This document shows, piece after piece, positions 26,975-42,813 of a DNA stretch of 64,000 nucleotides; within the stretch, counting starts at the first letter, position 1; each line of letters begins with the position of its first letter. The translations under genes and the position numbers were made by a program. Origin of the DNA: Chrysomallon squamiferum. Its lineage: Eukaryota > Animalia > Mollusca. The notes below the pieces were generated by a model that was not told where the DNA came from, did no database searches, and saw only the letters and a list, made by a program, of their open reading frames with translations. Location of the stretch: positions 7,998,001 through 8,062,000 of the forward strand of contig CM022675.1 of NCBI GenBank assembly GCA_012295275.1, in the 5' to 3' direction.

Positions 26975-27088
<114 letters not shown>

Positions 27089-27110
27089 CATGCAAACACA
27101 CACACATACG

Positions 27111-27153
<43 letters not shown>

Positions 27154-27873
27154 TGAGTTTACTGCGTGCTATCTTATTTTAGTCTAAGGCAATTAGGTCT
27201 GTATCGTAGAAAATTACCGTCTCAAATTTAAGACTGAAATGGCAGAAAATAGAGAAATGAAAGCTTAAAAATCTATTGTGTTGGACGTTGAAGTGACGAC
27301 TCATACAACAAAAGTAAAAGGCAATTAGTCCGCTCGTTGGAAAGTCGTCGAATTTGCAAGGTTAGCAAATAAATGGGTTAGATTAAAAATACTTCGACAT
27401 AGATACTGGATGACTATACGAGAAGTAACTAGTTTAGGCTTAAAGGCATCAGAAGTATAAATTTAATATATATATATTATAAAAGAAACTCATATATACA
27501 CTAAAGAGATGATAGGTCAGGTGGCTTTAAATCTAAGTTTGTTATTTACGTATTATACATAATACGTTGATAACTAAGGATATTTGTTAATTAGGTTTGC
27601 TTATAATTATATAATAATAATGATGATGATGATGATGATGATGATATAATAATAATAATAATAATGATAAAAAATAAAAAAAAATAATAGTAATAATAAT
27701 AATAAGAAGAAGAAGAAGAAGATGAAGAAGAAAAATGATGATGATGATGATGATGATTATAATAATAATATGAAGAAAAAAATGATGATGGTGATGATAA
27801 TAATAATAAAAAGAAGAAGAAAAAGAAGAAGAGGAAAAAAAAGAGAAAAAATAGTTATGATAATAATAATAAT

Positions 27874-27912
<39 letters not shown>

Positions 27913-28936
27913 AACTGTCAAGCCCAAATAAAACCAGGTTGGTTGGTAACCCGCACCAGACGCCAACAATGTCAAACACACCGAGTTTTCACAGCCAGCG
28001 ATCCAGTGATTTCATCACAAAACAAAAAAACAAAATCTTAATCTTATGATGATTAATTGCGTTATCTCGTATCAACTCTAAACCGTCAATGCTAAGTACT
28101 CGACATAATCTAAGCGCTGAAGCTTCAAGTGGATATCGTGACCGCGTCTGCTGTTATCATCTTTCTGCTCGGCGTAACGAAATCTCGTTCAGATCTCGCG
28201 GCATTCGTGACTTGCCAAGCGATACGTCTGCCTTCATTTATCAGGACTAGCCAAAGGATCTGGAACTTTCTTCGCGCCGATCAATCATGATTGCCGCCCT
28301 ATATTAAGCCCTTGAGCCCTTAAAAGGCCTTAATTAGGTCTTTAGCAAACTGGATGCTTTCTTCTTTTATTCTTTTTTTTTTTTTTTTTTTTCTTACGTT
28401 GCAGTAACGTATCGATATGATGTGGAGTGAATGCTTTAAAAAAAAAAAAAAGAAAAGTGAAACTAATTGCTGCGAGCATCGGTTAATGAGGAAAGTGGTA
28501 ATAATAGTTTTACGTTTATTGTGAAGGTAAAAAAAAGAATTAAAGAATAAAAAAAAAAAAAAAATGAAGAAGAAGAAAAATACAGTGCAAATCTTCACGT
28601 TGCAAAAATAGTGTTTTTAGTTTTAGAGGTTTTAGATGAAAACTGACGTTAGCGAGCGATTTGTTGAAAAACAAAAACAAAACAAAAAAGCTGAGATTGT
28701 GATAAAATCAATATGGTTGGATGAAGAAATGAAAGATAGTAAATAATGAATGAATGAATGAATGAGTGAATGAATGAAAGGATGGATGGATGGATGAGTA
28801 GATGGATTAAAAACAGGAATAAATGATTGAAGGCAAGCAAGTAATAAGATAGAAAGAATAAATGAGGGAATGAAAGACAGATGAAAGAATAAACGAATCG
28901 AAAATAAGAGACATAGTTAAAGGAAAACAGAGTGGA

Positions 28937-29610
<674 letters not shown>

Positions 29611-30282
29611 TGACATTCTGGTAGTTATTAGTGGTATGTCTTCTCGCAGTTCCCTCCCACCTAGATTGGAGTTTGACACAACAGGCTACTTTAAAACTTC
29701 AAACCGTCATTTAACAAATGACAAACCTGTCTGCTGCTTTCTTACAAACGATGCTGGGGCCGTCATTTGTGTGTCATTGGAAAGAAAACAATTTAGCAAG
29801 GGATGAGATTGGGACTTTTTTTTCGTTTCTGTCTACGTATGGAAATTGTTTCAAGTCACGATTTGAAAATATCACCAATACAAACACTGGAATGGAATCA
29901 TTTAAATAGAATGAGAAATACAAAATAAATAAAAAAATAAAGAAGAAGAAAGAAATCTTTATTAAGCTCGAAAAGAAAAAAATCCCTGTAATTACTAGTT
30001 TGTATGCATAGCAGGTGATTTCAACATAAGAATAATGGATTAAATCTGTACAAGTAGACGGTGTTTTTTTTTTTTTTTTTTTTGTTGTTGTTTCTATTAT
30101 TATTATTTCGGGTTGGTTTTTGTTTTTCGTTTTTCAGTGACTGACATGTAAATTGGCGTTAATTTTACAAAATGAGATGTACATATATATACTTTTTTTA
30201 ATCATCTTTTTTTAACGACTGTTTCAAACTGACCGGAAAATAATAAGTAACAATTCCGAACTTTCGATGCACTTTTTGAGGA

Positions 30283-30318
30283 TGAGTCATGTCACGTGAT
30301 CTGCAGTCACGTGATCTG
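30283..30318. promoter_or_regulatory. AP-1 site plus tandem E-boxes
   Basis: TGAGTCA at 30283-30289, then GTCACGTGATCTG at 30291-30303 and 30306-30318. Confidence 0.45.
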
Positions 30319-30743
30319 TGAACGGTCTGTGATGTAAGAAGCTTGGTTCGAGATTAATAAGAATCTTTATAAATATTTCATGAAAGAACCGCACACACTT
30401 TGTGCACTGCGAAACTCTTTCATCTTTTCTTTGCTTGGATAGCGATATAATTAATCTTTTTTTTCTGCGCTGCACCTGACTCGGAGTCGAGGATGAAACG
30501 GGACAAAGCCCGGTGAGGAATCTACTACTAATAGGATTGTCACTTCACACGAGTTTGCCGAAGTACAAGATGTTCAGATTGTGTGTGTCTGTCTGTGTGT
30601 GTGTCTGTCTGTGTGTGTCTGTGTGTGTGTCTGTGTGTGTCTGTGTGTCTGTGTGTGTGAATATGTGTGTGTGTGTGTATCTCTGTGTATATTTGTGTGC
30701 ATGTATATGTGTATGGGTGTGTATATGTGTATGTCTGTGTATG

Positions 30744-30778
<35 letters not shown>

Positions 30779-31084
30779 ATGTGTGTATATGTGTGAGTCA
30801 CTGTGTATAAGTATATATGTGTACGTATGCATGTGTGTGCGTGTGTGTCTGTATATGTGTCTGTGTGTGCGTGTGTGTCTGTATATGTGTCTGTGTGTGA
30901 GGATGTGTACACATGTGTGAATTCTTTTGATGCTGTTGCTGACGCTGTTGTGGTTTTAAAATGTACTGCTGATCGTTTTTATGGTTTCACTTTCTGTACT
31001 GGAAATTTCTTCACAGAAGAAGAAGAAGAAGAAGAAGAAATCATTGATGATTATGATGGTGGTGATTATGCTAATAATGATAAA

Positions 31085-31119
<35 letters not shown>

Positions 31120-31652
31120 AGTAATGTTTCGATTCTCGTTGAGCGCTCAAACCCCACACCCACCCACACCACACACACACACACACACACACACACTACC
31201 CCCTCCGGTTAAATACACAGGAATTCTCCTCACTGTTTATCCAGCCTTCTCTCGTGAATACAACACAGCGTTAACCATTAGCCTCGACAACGAAAAGCGA
31301 TTAAAATAGCTAATAGTTAAATGCGTTTATTAATTTCGTTAGAATCGGTTGAAAATAACTCGCATTGTCACAGTGTTCCGGCCTCGCCTTACCCCGTAAA
31401 CATATTCAATTAACTGATGAAAACTCTGTAATCAGAAAATTCATTTCTGTCTCCGGTCAGCGTCTGTAGTTCTGTGTGTCTGTACAAATATTCATTAACC
31501 AAGTTTAATTATAGAATCACACAGCGCGAATGATTTCCTGTTTTTTTTTTTTTTTTTTTAATCTTTGTTGTTTATTGTTTATTTTTGGTTTTGTGTTTAC
31601 CATGATGATGATAATGATGACGATAATAATATTAATAATAATATAGACAAAG

Positions 31653-31758
<106 letters not shown>

Positions 31759-32029
31759 GGAATATTGAAGACAAACTAAAGACAGATCAATAAGATATAA
31801 TACTGTCAAGTTTAATAAGGCTAGTAGACACTAGGGCGCGTCTTAACAATAAAGTTTATATGAAATGTAATTTTCCACGTAATTACATTTTCAATTTCAA
31901 TTCATTACTGTGAACTGTATTACAGTTTTCGGGTTTAATCAAAAATGTCTTACATCGGAATCATATTTGGGTCATAATGAATGGTATATCAAAATGTGTG
32001 ATATTATTATTATCATCTTCATTATCAAT

Positions 32030-32061
<32 letters not shown>

Positions 32062-33046
32062 TATCACTATCGTTGTTACTGATATTGTTGCTGATACTAC
32101 TACTACTGCTACTGCTGCTGTTGCTATTATTATTATTATTATTGTTGTTGTTGTTGTTGTTGTTTTGTTGTTACAAACTGATATTTGTGAACATTATTAG
32201 ACTTCAAAAAAACTACTTTGTTTTTAAAAAAAAGTACAAGGACAAAGAATTAAAAAAAAAAGTATTTTCTTGACAATTTTCACAAATTATGATCACGGTG
32301 CCTTCTCATCTGAATTTTAAAAAAAAAAAAAAAAAAAAAACAAGTAAAAAAAAAAAAAAAACTTCAAATAAAAACTATCAACTTTCTTATGAAACATTTT
32401 TTCTCTCTTTTTTTCTCCTTTTCTATTTCTTTAAAAAAAAAAAAAAAAAAAAAAAAACGACAAGCCTTGAAACGAGATCGAGAGATCAAATACTCGACAA
32501 ACGTAAAGTTTAAATCACTTAGCTACCATCAAGTTTACGTCAGACTGTCAGTGACGTTATAAAGATTTGAAAACTTGAAAAAAAATTAAACCGTTGAAAT
32601 AGAGCAGAGATATTCGTAAATACGTCACAAATTTCAAACTTAACCTTATTTTTGTGACGTACGTAATCATTGTCTTTTATCTCTTTCTTCTGCTTCTTTT
32701 TTTTTTTTTTCTTTTTTTTTTAATTTAAAATTTTTTCTTTTAACCTTGTTTCTTTACTTTTACTTTTACTTTATACTGTCTGAATGATGCTGCTGTTTAC
32801 TGTTATATTTTTTAAGTGATACACACACAGACAGACACACACACACACACACACAGTATGGGAACATCTGGTAGTCTGAAGTTGCTCAGTATATAAATGT
32901 AGACTTTATTGTCAACACGGCTGTATCCCTATCATTACAGCAAGACAAGGAAATAGATAAATAAAATAACATGTGAACCAAGTCCACGAAACGTTTACAA
33001 AGTGTTATATACATACATACACACATACACAAATACACACATACAC

Positions 33047-33105
<59 letters not shown>

Positions 33106-34287
33106 TACATACACACACATATATAAATGTATGTATATAGATGTCTGTGTATGTATATGTGTATGTATATATTATGTATTATTATTATTATTATTATTAT
33201 TATCTATTTATTTATTTGTAACTTAATTTGTTATATTTTGTATATATATATATATTTTTTATTCTTTCGATAAATTAAATTAAATAACACATCAAAGTCA
33301 GCTTTAGTTGGTTTGAAAACCCACCGCGGAGACTAGTAAAAGGACATTAACGGATCCATTTCTCTAGAGGTCGAAACACCATTGTGAAACTTTTGTGAGT
33401 CATTGACTTACATAAATCGCTTTTGTCCTTGTTTTAAATTTATTTTCCCTGTAATCCTTGGTTTAAAAAAAAAAAAAAAAAAAAAAAAAACTAAGCAAGA
33501 TTACGTCGCAGATATTATACCAATGGAGCGAAAGTTGCTTTGATAACAAGCGAGAGAAACTGTTATTCGGCATGCACCAAGAAAAAAAACTTTTAAAAAA
33601 ATCTTTTTGAAAACGTAATAGTAATAAAAGAAAGGAAAAAAAGAAAGAAAAGACGAACGAACTAAAAAAAAAAAAAAAAAAAAAAAAAGAAGAAGAAGAC
33701 AGAATGAGAGAAAAAAGAAAGAAGTAAAAAAAAAAAAAAAAAAAAAAAAGACAGACATAGCAATTAATTCCCGTGCTTATTGCAGGCCACATGAACGAGC
33801 AGAATTAAGACAAGAAAAACAAGGCAGACGTGTTTCCCAATTGTAGGTTGCAGACGATAATGCTATTAAGTCACGTGACGAACAGCGTGCGTGCGCATCA
33901 ACATCATGACAGAGATTTAGATTTCCGGTCCGAAGTCAATGTAAAGGGGGAAAAAAAAAAAAAAAAAAAAAGAAAAGAAAAGTGTTTAATAATGCAAATT
34001 CCCTACGATGGATTTTTCTGCCCTAAACATAAGGCTTTTGCCGTGCCACAAAGCTTGGAGTGATCTCATGTATAATAAATTTGAATCCTGTCCAAATCCC
34101 AGATTCACAGTTTTGTTCTGTAATTGTGGCCGTGTTGTTAGGGATCGTTAATAGCAACACTCGTTATCAAAATTCTATTACGTTCGCAGTTGTTCAATAC
34201 CGGAGATTCCGTGTTATTTTAAAATTTAATGTTTAGCCCGAATTGTTGTTATAATGGCGATTTTGCTGTTAAAAATCTAATTGACTT

Positions 34288-34334
<47 letters not shown>

Positions 34335-34506
34335 TTGTTGTTTTTGTTAGTTATGGTTTGTTATATCACTACTATTAGTATAATGAAAATAGAAGAGGTA
34401 GCAGTACTAATTGTCGTCTTGGTTGTGCTAGTAGTAGTTGCTGTTGTAGTTGCTGTTGTAGTATTAGAAGTAATAATAATAAATATAATAATAATAGTAG
34501 TAGCAA

Positions 34507-34550
<44 letters not shown>

Positions 34551-34834
34551 ATAGTAGTGGGAGTAGTAACAGTAGTATTTTAGTAGTTGTAGTAATAGCC
34601 GCTTTTCTATAACGTTCACGATGTAAATCAATAATTCGTTATTTGTCATAATTCGTGATGCGTATTCTCAAATGATAGTGTAAATCGAACTGCCGTGACA
34701 TATAAGAAAGAAAGATATGAAAACATTCATTAACTCTTTTATCTGAAAAACGTATGTCAAAACAAGCAAGAAAAAAAAAAAATGCATGCATATATGTATG
34801 TATGTATCTACCTATCTAGTTACCTCTCTCCTTC

Positions 34835-34868
<34 letters not shown>

Positions 34869-34956
34869 CTTCTCTCTGTCTGTCTGTCTATCTGTCTCTC
34901 TCTCTTTCTCTCTCTCCCCCTCTCTCTCCCTCTCTCTCTCTCCTTCTTTCTTTCTT

Positions 34957-35078
<122 letters not shown>

Positions 35079-36445
35079 TATTATATAGACACACACACAT
35101 ACGCCTATACAGATATACATGCATACAAACATATAAAGGAAAATAAATGTATCTCACTGTGACTATTAGCGAATTATCTTTAAAAGGGTTTTCAGATAAA
35201 ACCGCTCATGACTAACTTTATGCAAAAAAGAATTTCATTGATGCTTAACAAAATACTTTTATCGTATGTTTAAAAAAGAGAATAAAAAAAAAAAAGAGAG
35301 GAAATGTCTATGAAACAGAATTATTATCGACCAGGTAATTGTGTTTGATCTACAAGATATTTTACTTTTATTTTATCATATACGCAAGTGCAAACATTAT
35401 TACTGACATAGAGACGGAGAGACAGATAGAAGGACCGAAGAATGGATGGTTGGATGGATGGATGTTGATAGAGAGACAGATAGACAGACAGAGATACGGA
35501 ATTAGATAAGCATGTGCATTGTTACGATATTCTCTTGTTTGTTTGATTTGTATATTGCTTATTTATTCACTTATTTATTTACTTGATTTTGCTTTCTTAC
35601 TTACTTACTAATTTACTTTTACTTACTTACTTATTTAATATTTACTCTTTTGTTCTCCGGCTATGGTGTTCAGAAAAAAAAAGAAAAAAAGAAAGAACAA
35701 ATTTACGACGCCCTTTCGTTCCCCCTCCCCCATTCTTCCTCGCATTACGTACGTTTTCTGTCGAAAGGTTAACAGGTTTTTTTATTTTAACATAATTGAA
35801 GCCGTTAAAAGCGTGGGGATTTTTTATTTATTTCTTTTTTTATTATTCTTTTATTTATTTATTTATTTTATAAAGTCGACGATGTGTTTATTTAATATTT
35901 ATGACTTTCTACTTTCTAGGCTGCAGATATAAAACTGAAGCAGACACCGTTAATTGGGACTCATATGTCGACAATGTACCTAACATCTCCCGTTCTGATT
36001 ATCTACAGGGGTTGTCTCAAAAAAACAGACAAACAAGAAACTAACTAACAGACAACTAGACAAGGATCGTAGAAAGAGAAAGACAGAAATAACGAGAGAA
36101 AGATAAGCAGGGAAAAGTAACATCTGAAACGAGAGAGAGAGAGAAAAAGAGAGTGAGAAATTAAATGTGAAAGAAACCGACAAAATGAGACAGACAGAAG
36201 AGATATACAGGGCTAGACAGACAGAGAGACAGACAGATACAAAGTAAAAGAGATGGAAAGATAGACAGAGATAGAGACAGATAATCATTGACAGATTGAG
36301 AGAGAGGTAGAGAGACAGACAGATAAATAAATATAGATAAACAGACGAAGAAATAATATAAAGTAAAATTTAATAAAATAATTTAAAACAGAAGTAAAAA
36401 CAAATAATAATATACAGGAAACTAACAAATAAATAAATCAATCAA

Positions 36446-36516
<71 letters not shown>

Positions 36517-36936
36517 ACAACAAAAAATATATATATATATATCTACATATAGCAGCTTAAAACAAAATTCCTGTTAATGGCCGTAGTAAACGATGAGATT
36601 ACATTATCAGTACCGTGAAGAAATCACAAAACGTAGAAAAATCAATAAAAAAGGTTAAACTAAATATGTTTTCATTACCAAAGATTTTTCGATAAAGATA
36701 TACTGTACGACACTGCTTTGATGGTTTGAGTTAACGTTTTTTTTTTTTTTTTCATTTCCTTGTTATTATTATTTTTTTTTCTTTCTTCTCTTTATCAAAC
36801 CAGTGCAGGAATGGGAAAATTATATTTTTATAGCAAACGGTAAAAGACTTGATAATTAATTGGAAACACACGACATCCGGGAATTAATATATGTTTTTAT
36901 TTCTCTTAATATACGTTTTTTATTATTTATTTATTT

Positions 36937-36978
<42 letters not shown>

Positions 36979-37117
36979 TTATTTTTTTTATAGAGTCAGC
37001 TATAGTGGTATTAATAGCAGCAACAGCAACAAACAACAGCAACATTAGTAGCAGCACCAATAGCGGTGATAGTGGTTATAGCAATAGTGCTGGTAGTAGC
37101 AATAGTAATAGTAGTAA

Positions 37118-37207
<90 letters not shown>

Positions 37208-38058
37208 CAGCAGCAGCAGTAGTAGTAGTAGTAGTAGTAGTGGTAGTAGATGATGTTGTAAGATGTAAGTGTTCTGCTAGTAGTAGTGGTATTTGTAACA
37301 GTAAAAAAAGGACATAGTAACATCAGTGATGCGAAGTGTAATTATAGTGGAAGTAGTACTGTAGTTCTAGTAGTTGTAGTAGTGGAAGTATTATCATTAG
37401 TAAGAGTATAGTAGAAGTAACAGTAGTAGTAATTACAGTAAAAGTGACATTAGTACAAGGACTAGTATTGATAATATAGTAAAGTTATATTTCTTTAGAT
37501 TATTATGTTCATCCTCTAAAACTTTACTGTGTGTATGGTTTTTCTCTCTGTGTAATAAACTATCGTTCAATCTCTTTCTCTTCTTTATTTTTCTTTCTCT
37601 CTATCTTTCTCTTATCTTCCCCTCCCTTTGCCTTTTCTTTCTTTCTCTAAATCTATCTTGTTCTCTCTCTCTCTCTATCTATCGATCCTTCTTTCTACGA
37701 CTTCATCATCTAATAAAAAGATGACGTCATTTATATTTCCATCCGTTTACATCTAAGACATTATCTTCTTATACTCCATCAAACATACACAACATCATCA
37801 TGTTTTTTTCCGATCAGCCACAAAGAGAGAGAAAGATATAGACAGAGTATAATTATCATCAAAACAAAATTATTATTATTTTTTTTCTTTTTTTTTTAAT
37901 TATCTCCCTTGCAAAGGGGACGTAATCAGTAGATCTCCCGATAGAGAGCAGCACTGACTGATCTGTAAGCGTGTAAACATGATTAAGAAAACCGTCAAAG
38001 GTACGCGACTCCAAAACCCTTTAATAGGATTGGTTCGTCTGCATAACGTGCAGACGAT

Positions 38059-38092
<34 letters not shown>

Positions 38093-38232
38093 TAATGATA
38101 AATAAATAAACATCTTCCAAATGGAAACAAAATAAATATTCGACTGTTTGAAGAAGCCATTTGTTTTCTTCTTCTTCTTCGTCGTCTTCCGGAAAACAGT
38201 TTTTACTGTCTGACAAAAATCGATGAAAATAA

Positions 38233-38470
38233 AGGATTGGATTGGATTGGATTGGATTGGATTGGATTGGATGGATGGATGGATGGATGGATGGATGGAT
38301 GGATGGATGGATGGATGGATGGATGGATGGATGGATGAATGGATGGATGGATGGATGGATGGATGGATGAATGGATGAATGGATGGATGAATGGATGGAT
38401 GAATGGATGGATGGATGGATGAATGGATGAATGGATGGATGGATGGATGGATGGACGAAAGGATGGATGA
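38233..38470. repeat. (GGATT)n then (GGAT)n microsatellite
   Basis: Directly visible. Confidence 0.95.
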
Positions 38471-39225
38471 ATTACAACAGATTTAGTCAAAAGGATGATA
38501 GAGAAAGTATAAGAGATAATGAATTAATAAAAGAAAGTACGCTTGTGTACATACACACACATACAAATACACGTACAGCGATACACAAAAACACGCACAC
38601 ACACACATATACATAAACCCTCACACAATGTACGCACACACAGACAGGCACACGAAACACACAACAAAAAAACCTGTCAGCTTTCATTACCAGACGTCGG
38701 CATTAGAGAGATCTTTACGAGATAAAGTCGATGTCAAGTCGTTAATCGCTTCACAGGATTAGACTCGGCTGCTGCCGTTAACACACTCACAGCATTCGCT
38801 GATATCTGTCTGCAGTTCTCTCCAGTATGAATAACACAGTGGAAAAACAGGCTGTTTGCTAACAGCGTCTTTGCTTGTAGCTTATACACACACTCTGTAT
38901 TGGCTGGCCTGAGGCACACTCTGCAGATTTCACGATCGCTTTCTTCTTAGCTGTTTCAAATAAAAAGGCATTGCTCGCTTTAGGGAGCATTCTGCTTAGT
39001 CCTGTATGTTGAAAGGTAGTTAAGATAGTTAAGATAGTTAAGATAGTTACAGAGCGAGGTAGCTAGGTAGCTAGGTAGGTAGAAAGTATATAAAAATTTT
39101 TCTTGTTTAATGTGTACGAGATGGCTAATGTGTGGGTTTCCTCTCAGATTATAAGAAACCTGGAACTGGTGCATTTTAAATGTGGAATATGTAGAAATGC
39201 CGATACAGTACTCTCTCTCTATCTC

Positions 39226-39333
<108 letters not shown>

Positions 39334-42300
39334 ACTCACTCACTCATTTAAATTCTATTATTATTATTATTATTTTTGTTTCGTTCTTTCGTTTGTTCTT
39401 TTATTCACTGATTCACTCAGTCGTTAACTGGAAAATACAAGTAATAGAAAAAACCCAGTATAAAAGATCTTCTGTTATTATTACTTCAGATTATAACTTT
39501 ACACGACAGGCGTACACGCACATCACTCGTAAAGTGACTGTACCATTCTGCTTCATTAATGATCATTAATTAACACTCTTCACTGTCTTTCATTTTACTT
39601 TAGTTGTGTGGACATTGTAATTGTCATGGAAGGCAGGGAGAGGGACCAGTTGTCATGGTTACCCTACGACTTGTCGTCACAGATCTGTTTCACTTTTAAC
39701 TGTCGTCCTGCTTGTGAATCTTCGGAACTAATTAAAACAACAGTAATATTTTATCTGCTGCGTTTAACTTAACACAAAGGTTACTGAAAATAAAACGACT
39801 TTTACAAGATGTATTTTACCGTCGCATCAGGAACAAAAAAAATCTTCAGAATAAAAGAGTCGAAGTTGCAAAGTGGCCTTGCTGAATGCAACGCCAGGAA
39901 GACCACTTGAAGCAAACGAAGTGATGAATAAAATATTAACGAGCCACTGAGGGAAAAGAAACAAACAGCAAACAGCACAGGATTACGTTAGGTCCTATAA
40001 AAAAAACCGGGTGTTTCAATATCGACAATAAAGATATGGTTTACTGCTGAAAAGAAAAGTTAAAGATTTTGTGAATTACCTAATGTATAAAGTGAAAGAA
40101 AAAAAAACCTCCCTCCAAAAAAAAAGAAAAAAAAGAAGAAAGAACAGATCAAAATAAAGAATAAAAGAAATAATAAATAAATAAATAAATTAAATTTAAA
40201 AAAAAAAGAAAGAAAAGAAATGCAGATAAATTCTACAACATCCAACAGCAAGAAAGATATGCTGGCTATTTTGGGACAAACTAATATTGGTCGTAAACAC
40301 AGTTTTGAAAGCTACATTGATTAAATATAACTAATAACTTGAGTCCATATATTACAGCGTCGTTTTTGTATTAAAGTGAAAATGGTAATATCGCTTTCTT
40401 TTAATGCTTATTTTTTAGATACACAAACACACAAACACACACACACACACACACACATACGTCACAGATAAACATGCATGTTTATTGACAACGTGCATAC
40501 GCAATTATAAACCTACTTACACATTTGCCAATCTCCTAGTCTTTCATTAATATTTAATCTTTCATTTATCAATTGAAACTTTGACGTCTCCGTTTATGCT
40601 TTCATTCAGCTACCCAGTCATTCATTCGCCAGTCTTTTGTTTTTCAATTCACACAGACACACACACATACACATACACACAGACACATACATACACACAA
40701 ACACAAACACACACATACACTCACACACAGAGTGATACCACACAAAACTGACAGACACACATACACACACACATCCACCCTTCCATTTTAACAAATACAT
40801 AAATACATTAGCTCACACGCGCACCTACTCAATCACACATTCACGCACCCACCCACTCACTCACTCACTCACACATCCACGCACCCACTCATCCATTTAC
40901 TCATTTAATTATCAGTAACTAACTCAGTTAATTATCCACCAACTTACTTACGCATTCTTTAACGCATTATCGAGGTGCCCACAATTTGAAAATTTCCCCA
41001 AAGGTTTTCAGTTCAGGAAGTTTGAGGAAGAAAAATGACAGTATGTCGCTAATCTCGTATTCTCTGCAGAGATCGTCAACAATTAAATAATAATTTCTTG
41101 TTTTGTGTAGTTGGAAACTTTCTTTCTAGGTCAGGTAAATTTTAGTTTGGCGTCTTCTGTAATAATGAAAATAGTGTACGCTTGGAATGGAGGGGGGAAG
41201 TAATGAATGAACGAATGAATGAATTAATGAATGAACGAACGAACGAATGAATGAATCAGTGGATGGATAAATGACGAATGAATGGATGAATGAATAATGA
41301 AGAAACGTATGAATAAACGAAAGAGCCGATGAATACACGAAGAATTGAAAGAATAATTTATTGAAACGCTCAACAAACATATAGAAGAACGAACTTAAAA
41401 TGATGAAAGAATGAAGGAATGTAGAATGAATGAACAAATGACTGAATGAACGAATGTATGAATGAATGAATGAATGAATGAAGAATTGATGATTAAAGAA
41501 TCAAATAAAGCAGTTAGAATAAACCATTGTCTAAGGATATCTCAATTTTTTTTATTTTTATTTTATTTTTTTATGATAAATACATTTTGTTAAATAACAA
41601 GATACGACTGAGAGAACAAGCATGTTATTCTTCTTATAATCTAGCAGCAATAAATGTTTCACCTTGACAAGAAAACGTGTACAATAGCTAATAACAAAAA
41701 CTAATCGAGCGGAGTTGCTTGGAATGGGAAATATGCCATTCACTGAAGTGCACAGATTTGATCCAGCGAACCTGATATTTAACTTTATTTACACCCAATA
41801 TGGTGGGCATACAATAATATACATAATAATTAAAATATATAAGTATCATCCTGAGAATTTGAAATAAATTCATGACTAAATTACAGAAAATAGAAAGTTT
41901 TCTAAGAACACCAACTTTTTTTTTAAGAGTTAAATAATTTGTAAAAACTTATCAATGACTGGTTTAGATTGAGAGAAAAATGGTAGGTAACGGTTCCTTT
42001 GATTCTTGAAAAAAAACCATACACGTAAAATTATAATGAAACTCATCACCGATGTCATAGCTATTACACTATGGACATCTTTTATTTTCTAATGGTATAT
42101 TTTTTCATCTTCCCGTTTCAGAAGGAAGGTTATGATATGAACGTCTAAACGTTACTCTCATGTGGTTTAACAGCTAAACTATAACGACAGCGCGAAAAAA
42201 AAAAAACGAGAAAAACTCAAGGAACAAGAAGAACAAGAAGAACAAGAAAAAAGTCGATGACCTTTCTTTAGCAAAATTCTATTAAATTTATTCTAATCAC

Positions 42301-42664
42301 TACTGACATTAATACTCTTAATATTATTACTACCATTAACATTATTAATAGTATGACCAACATAACTGTTATTAATATTACCACTGTCATTATGAGGATT
42401 AATATTACAGGCAGCATCAGTGTTTTCGATATTGCTTATAACGAGAGAAAGTGAGTCATGGATTTTGATGCACAATGTCTGATATAAAATATTAAAATTT
42501 TAGTCCGTAAAGTTGACTGTTTGTTGTTTTCATTGTTACAATGTAATAATCATCAAGTTCTTGTTTATTTTTAGGTTTGTTGAGGATTTGTTGTGAACAA
42601 AAATAAATAATAACGAATGAAAGAATGGAAGACTAAGAAATAATTAGATAGGTGAATAAGAAAT

Positions 42665-42813
42665 AGGTGATCAATTGTATGTTTCAGAAAAGTAGGTAGA
42701 AGGTTTTATTTTTCATATAGGTTATATTGAAGGTTTTATTTTTCATATAGGTTATATTGAAGGTTGTATATTTCAGATAGGTAAGTGGAAGTTTGTATAT
42801 TTCAAATAGGTAG
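42665..42813. repeat. 30-bp tandem minisatellite (~5 units)
   Basis: AGGTTTTATTTTTCATATAGGTTATATTGA at 42701 and 42731, with diverged copies at ~42671, 42761 and 42790. Confidence 0.88.

Noticed and set aside
42770-42790. TTTCAG|ATAG|GTAAGT 4-nt microexon
   Set aside because: It arises within one unit of a 30-bp minisatellite, and no + strand host gene is evident.
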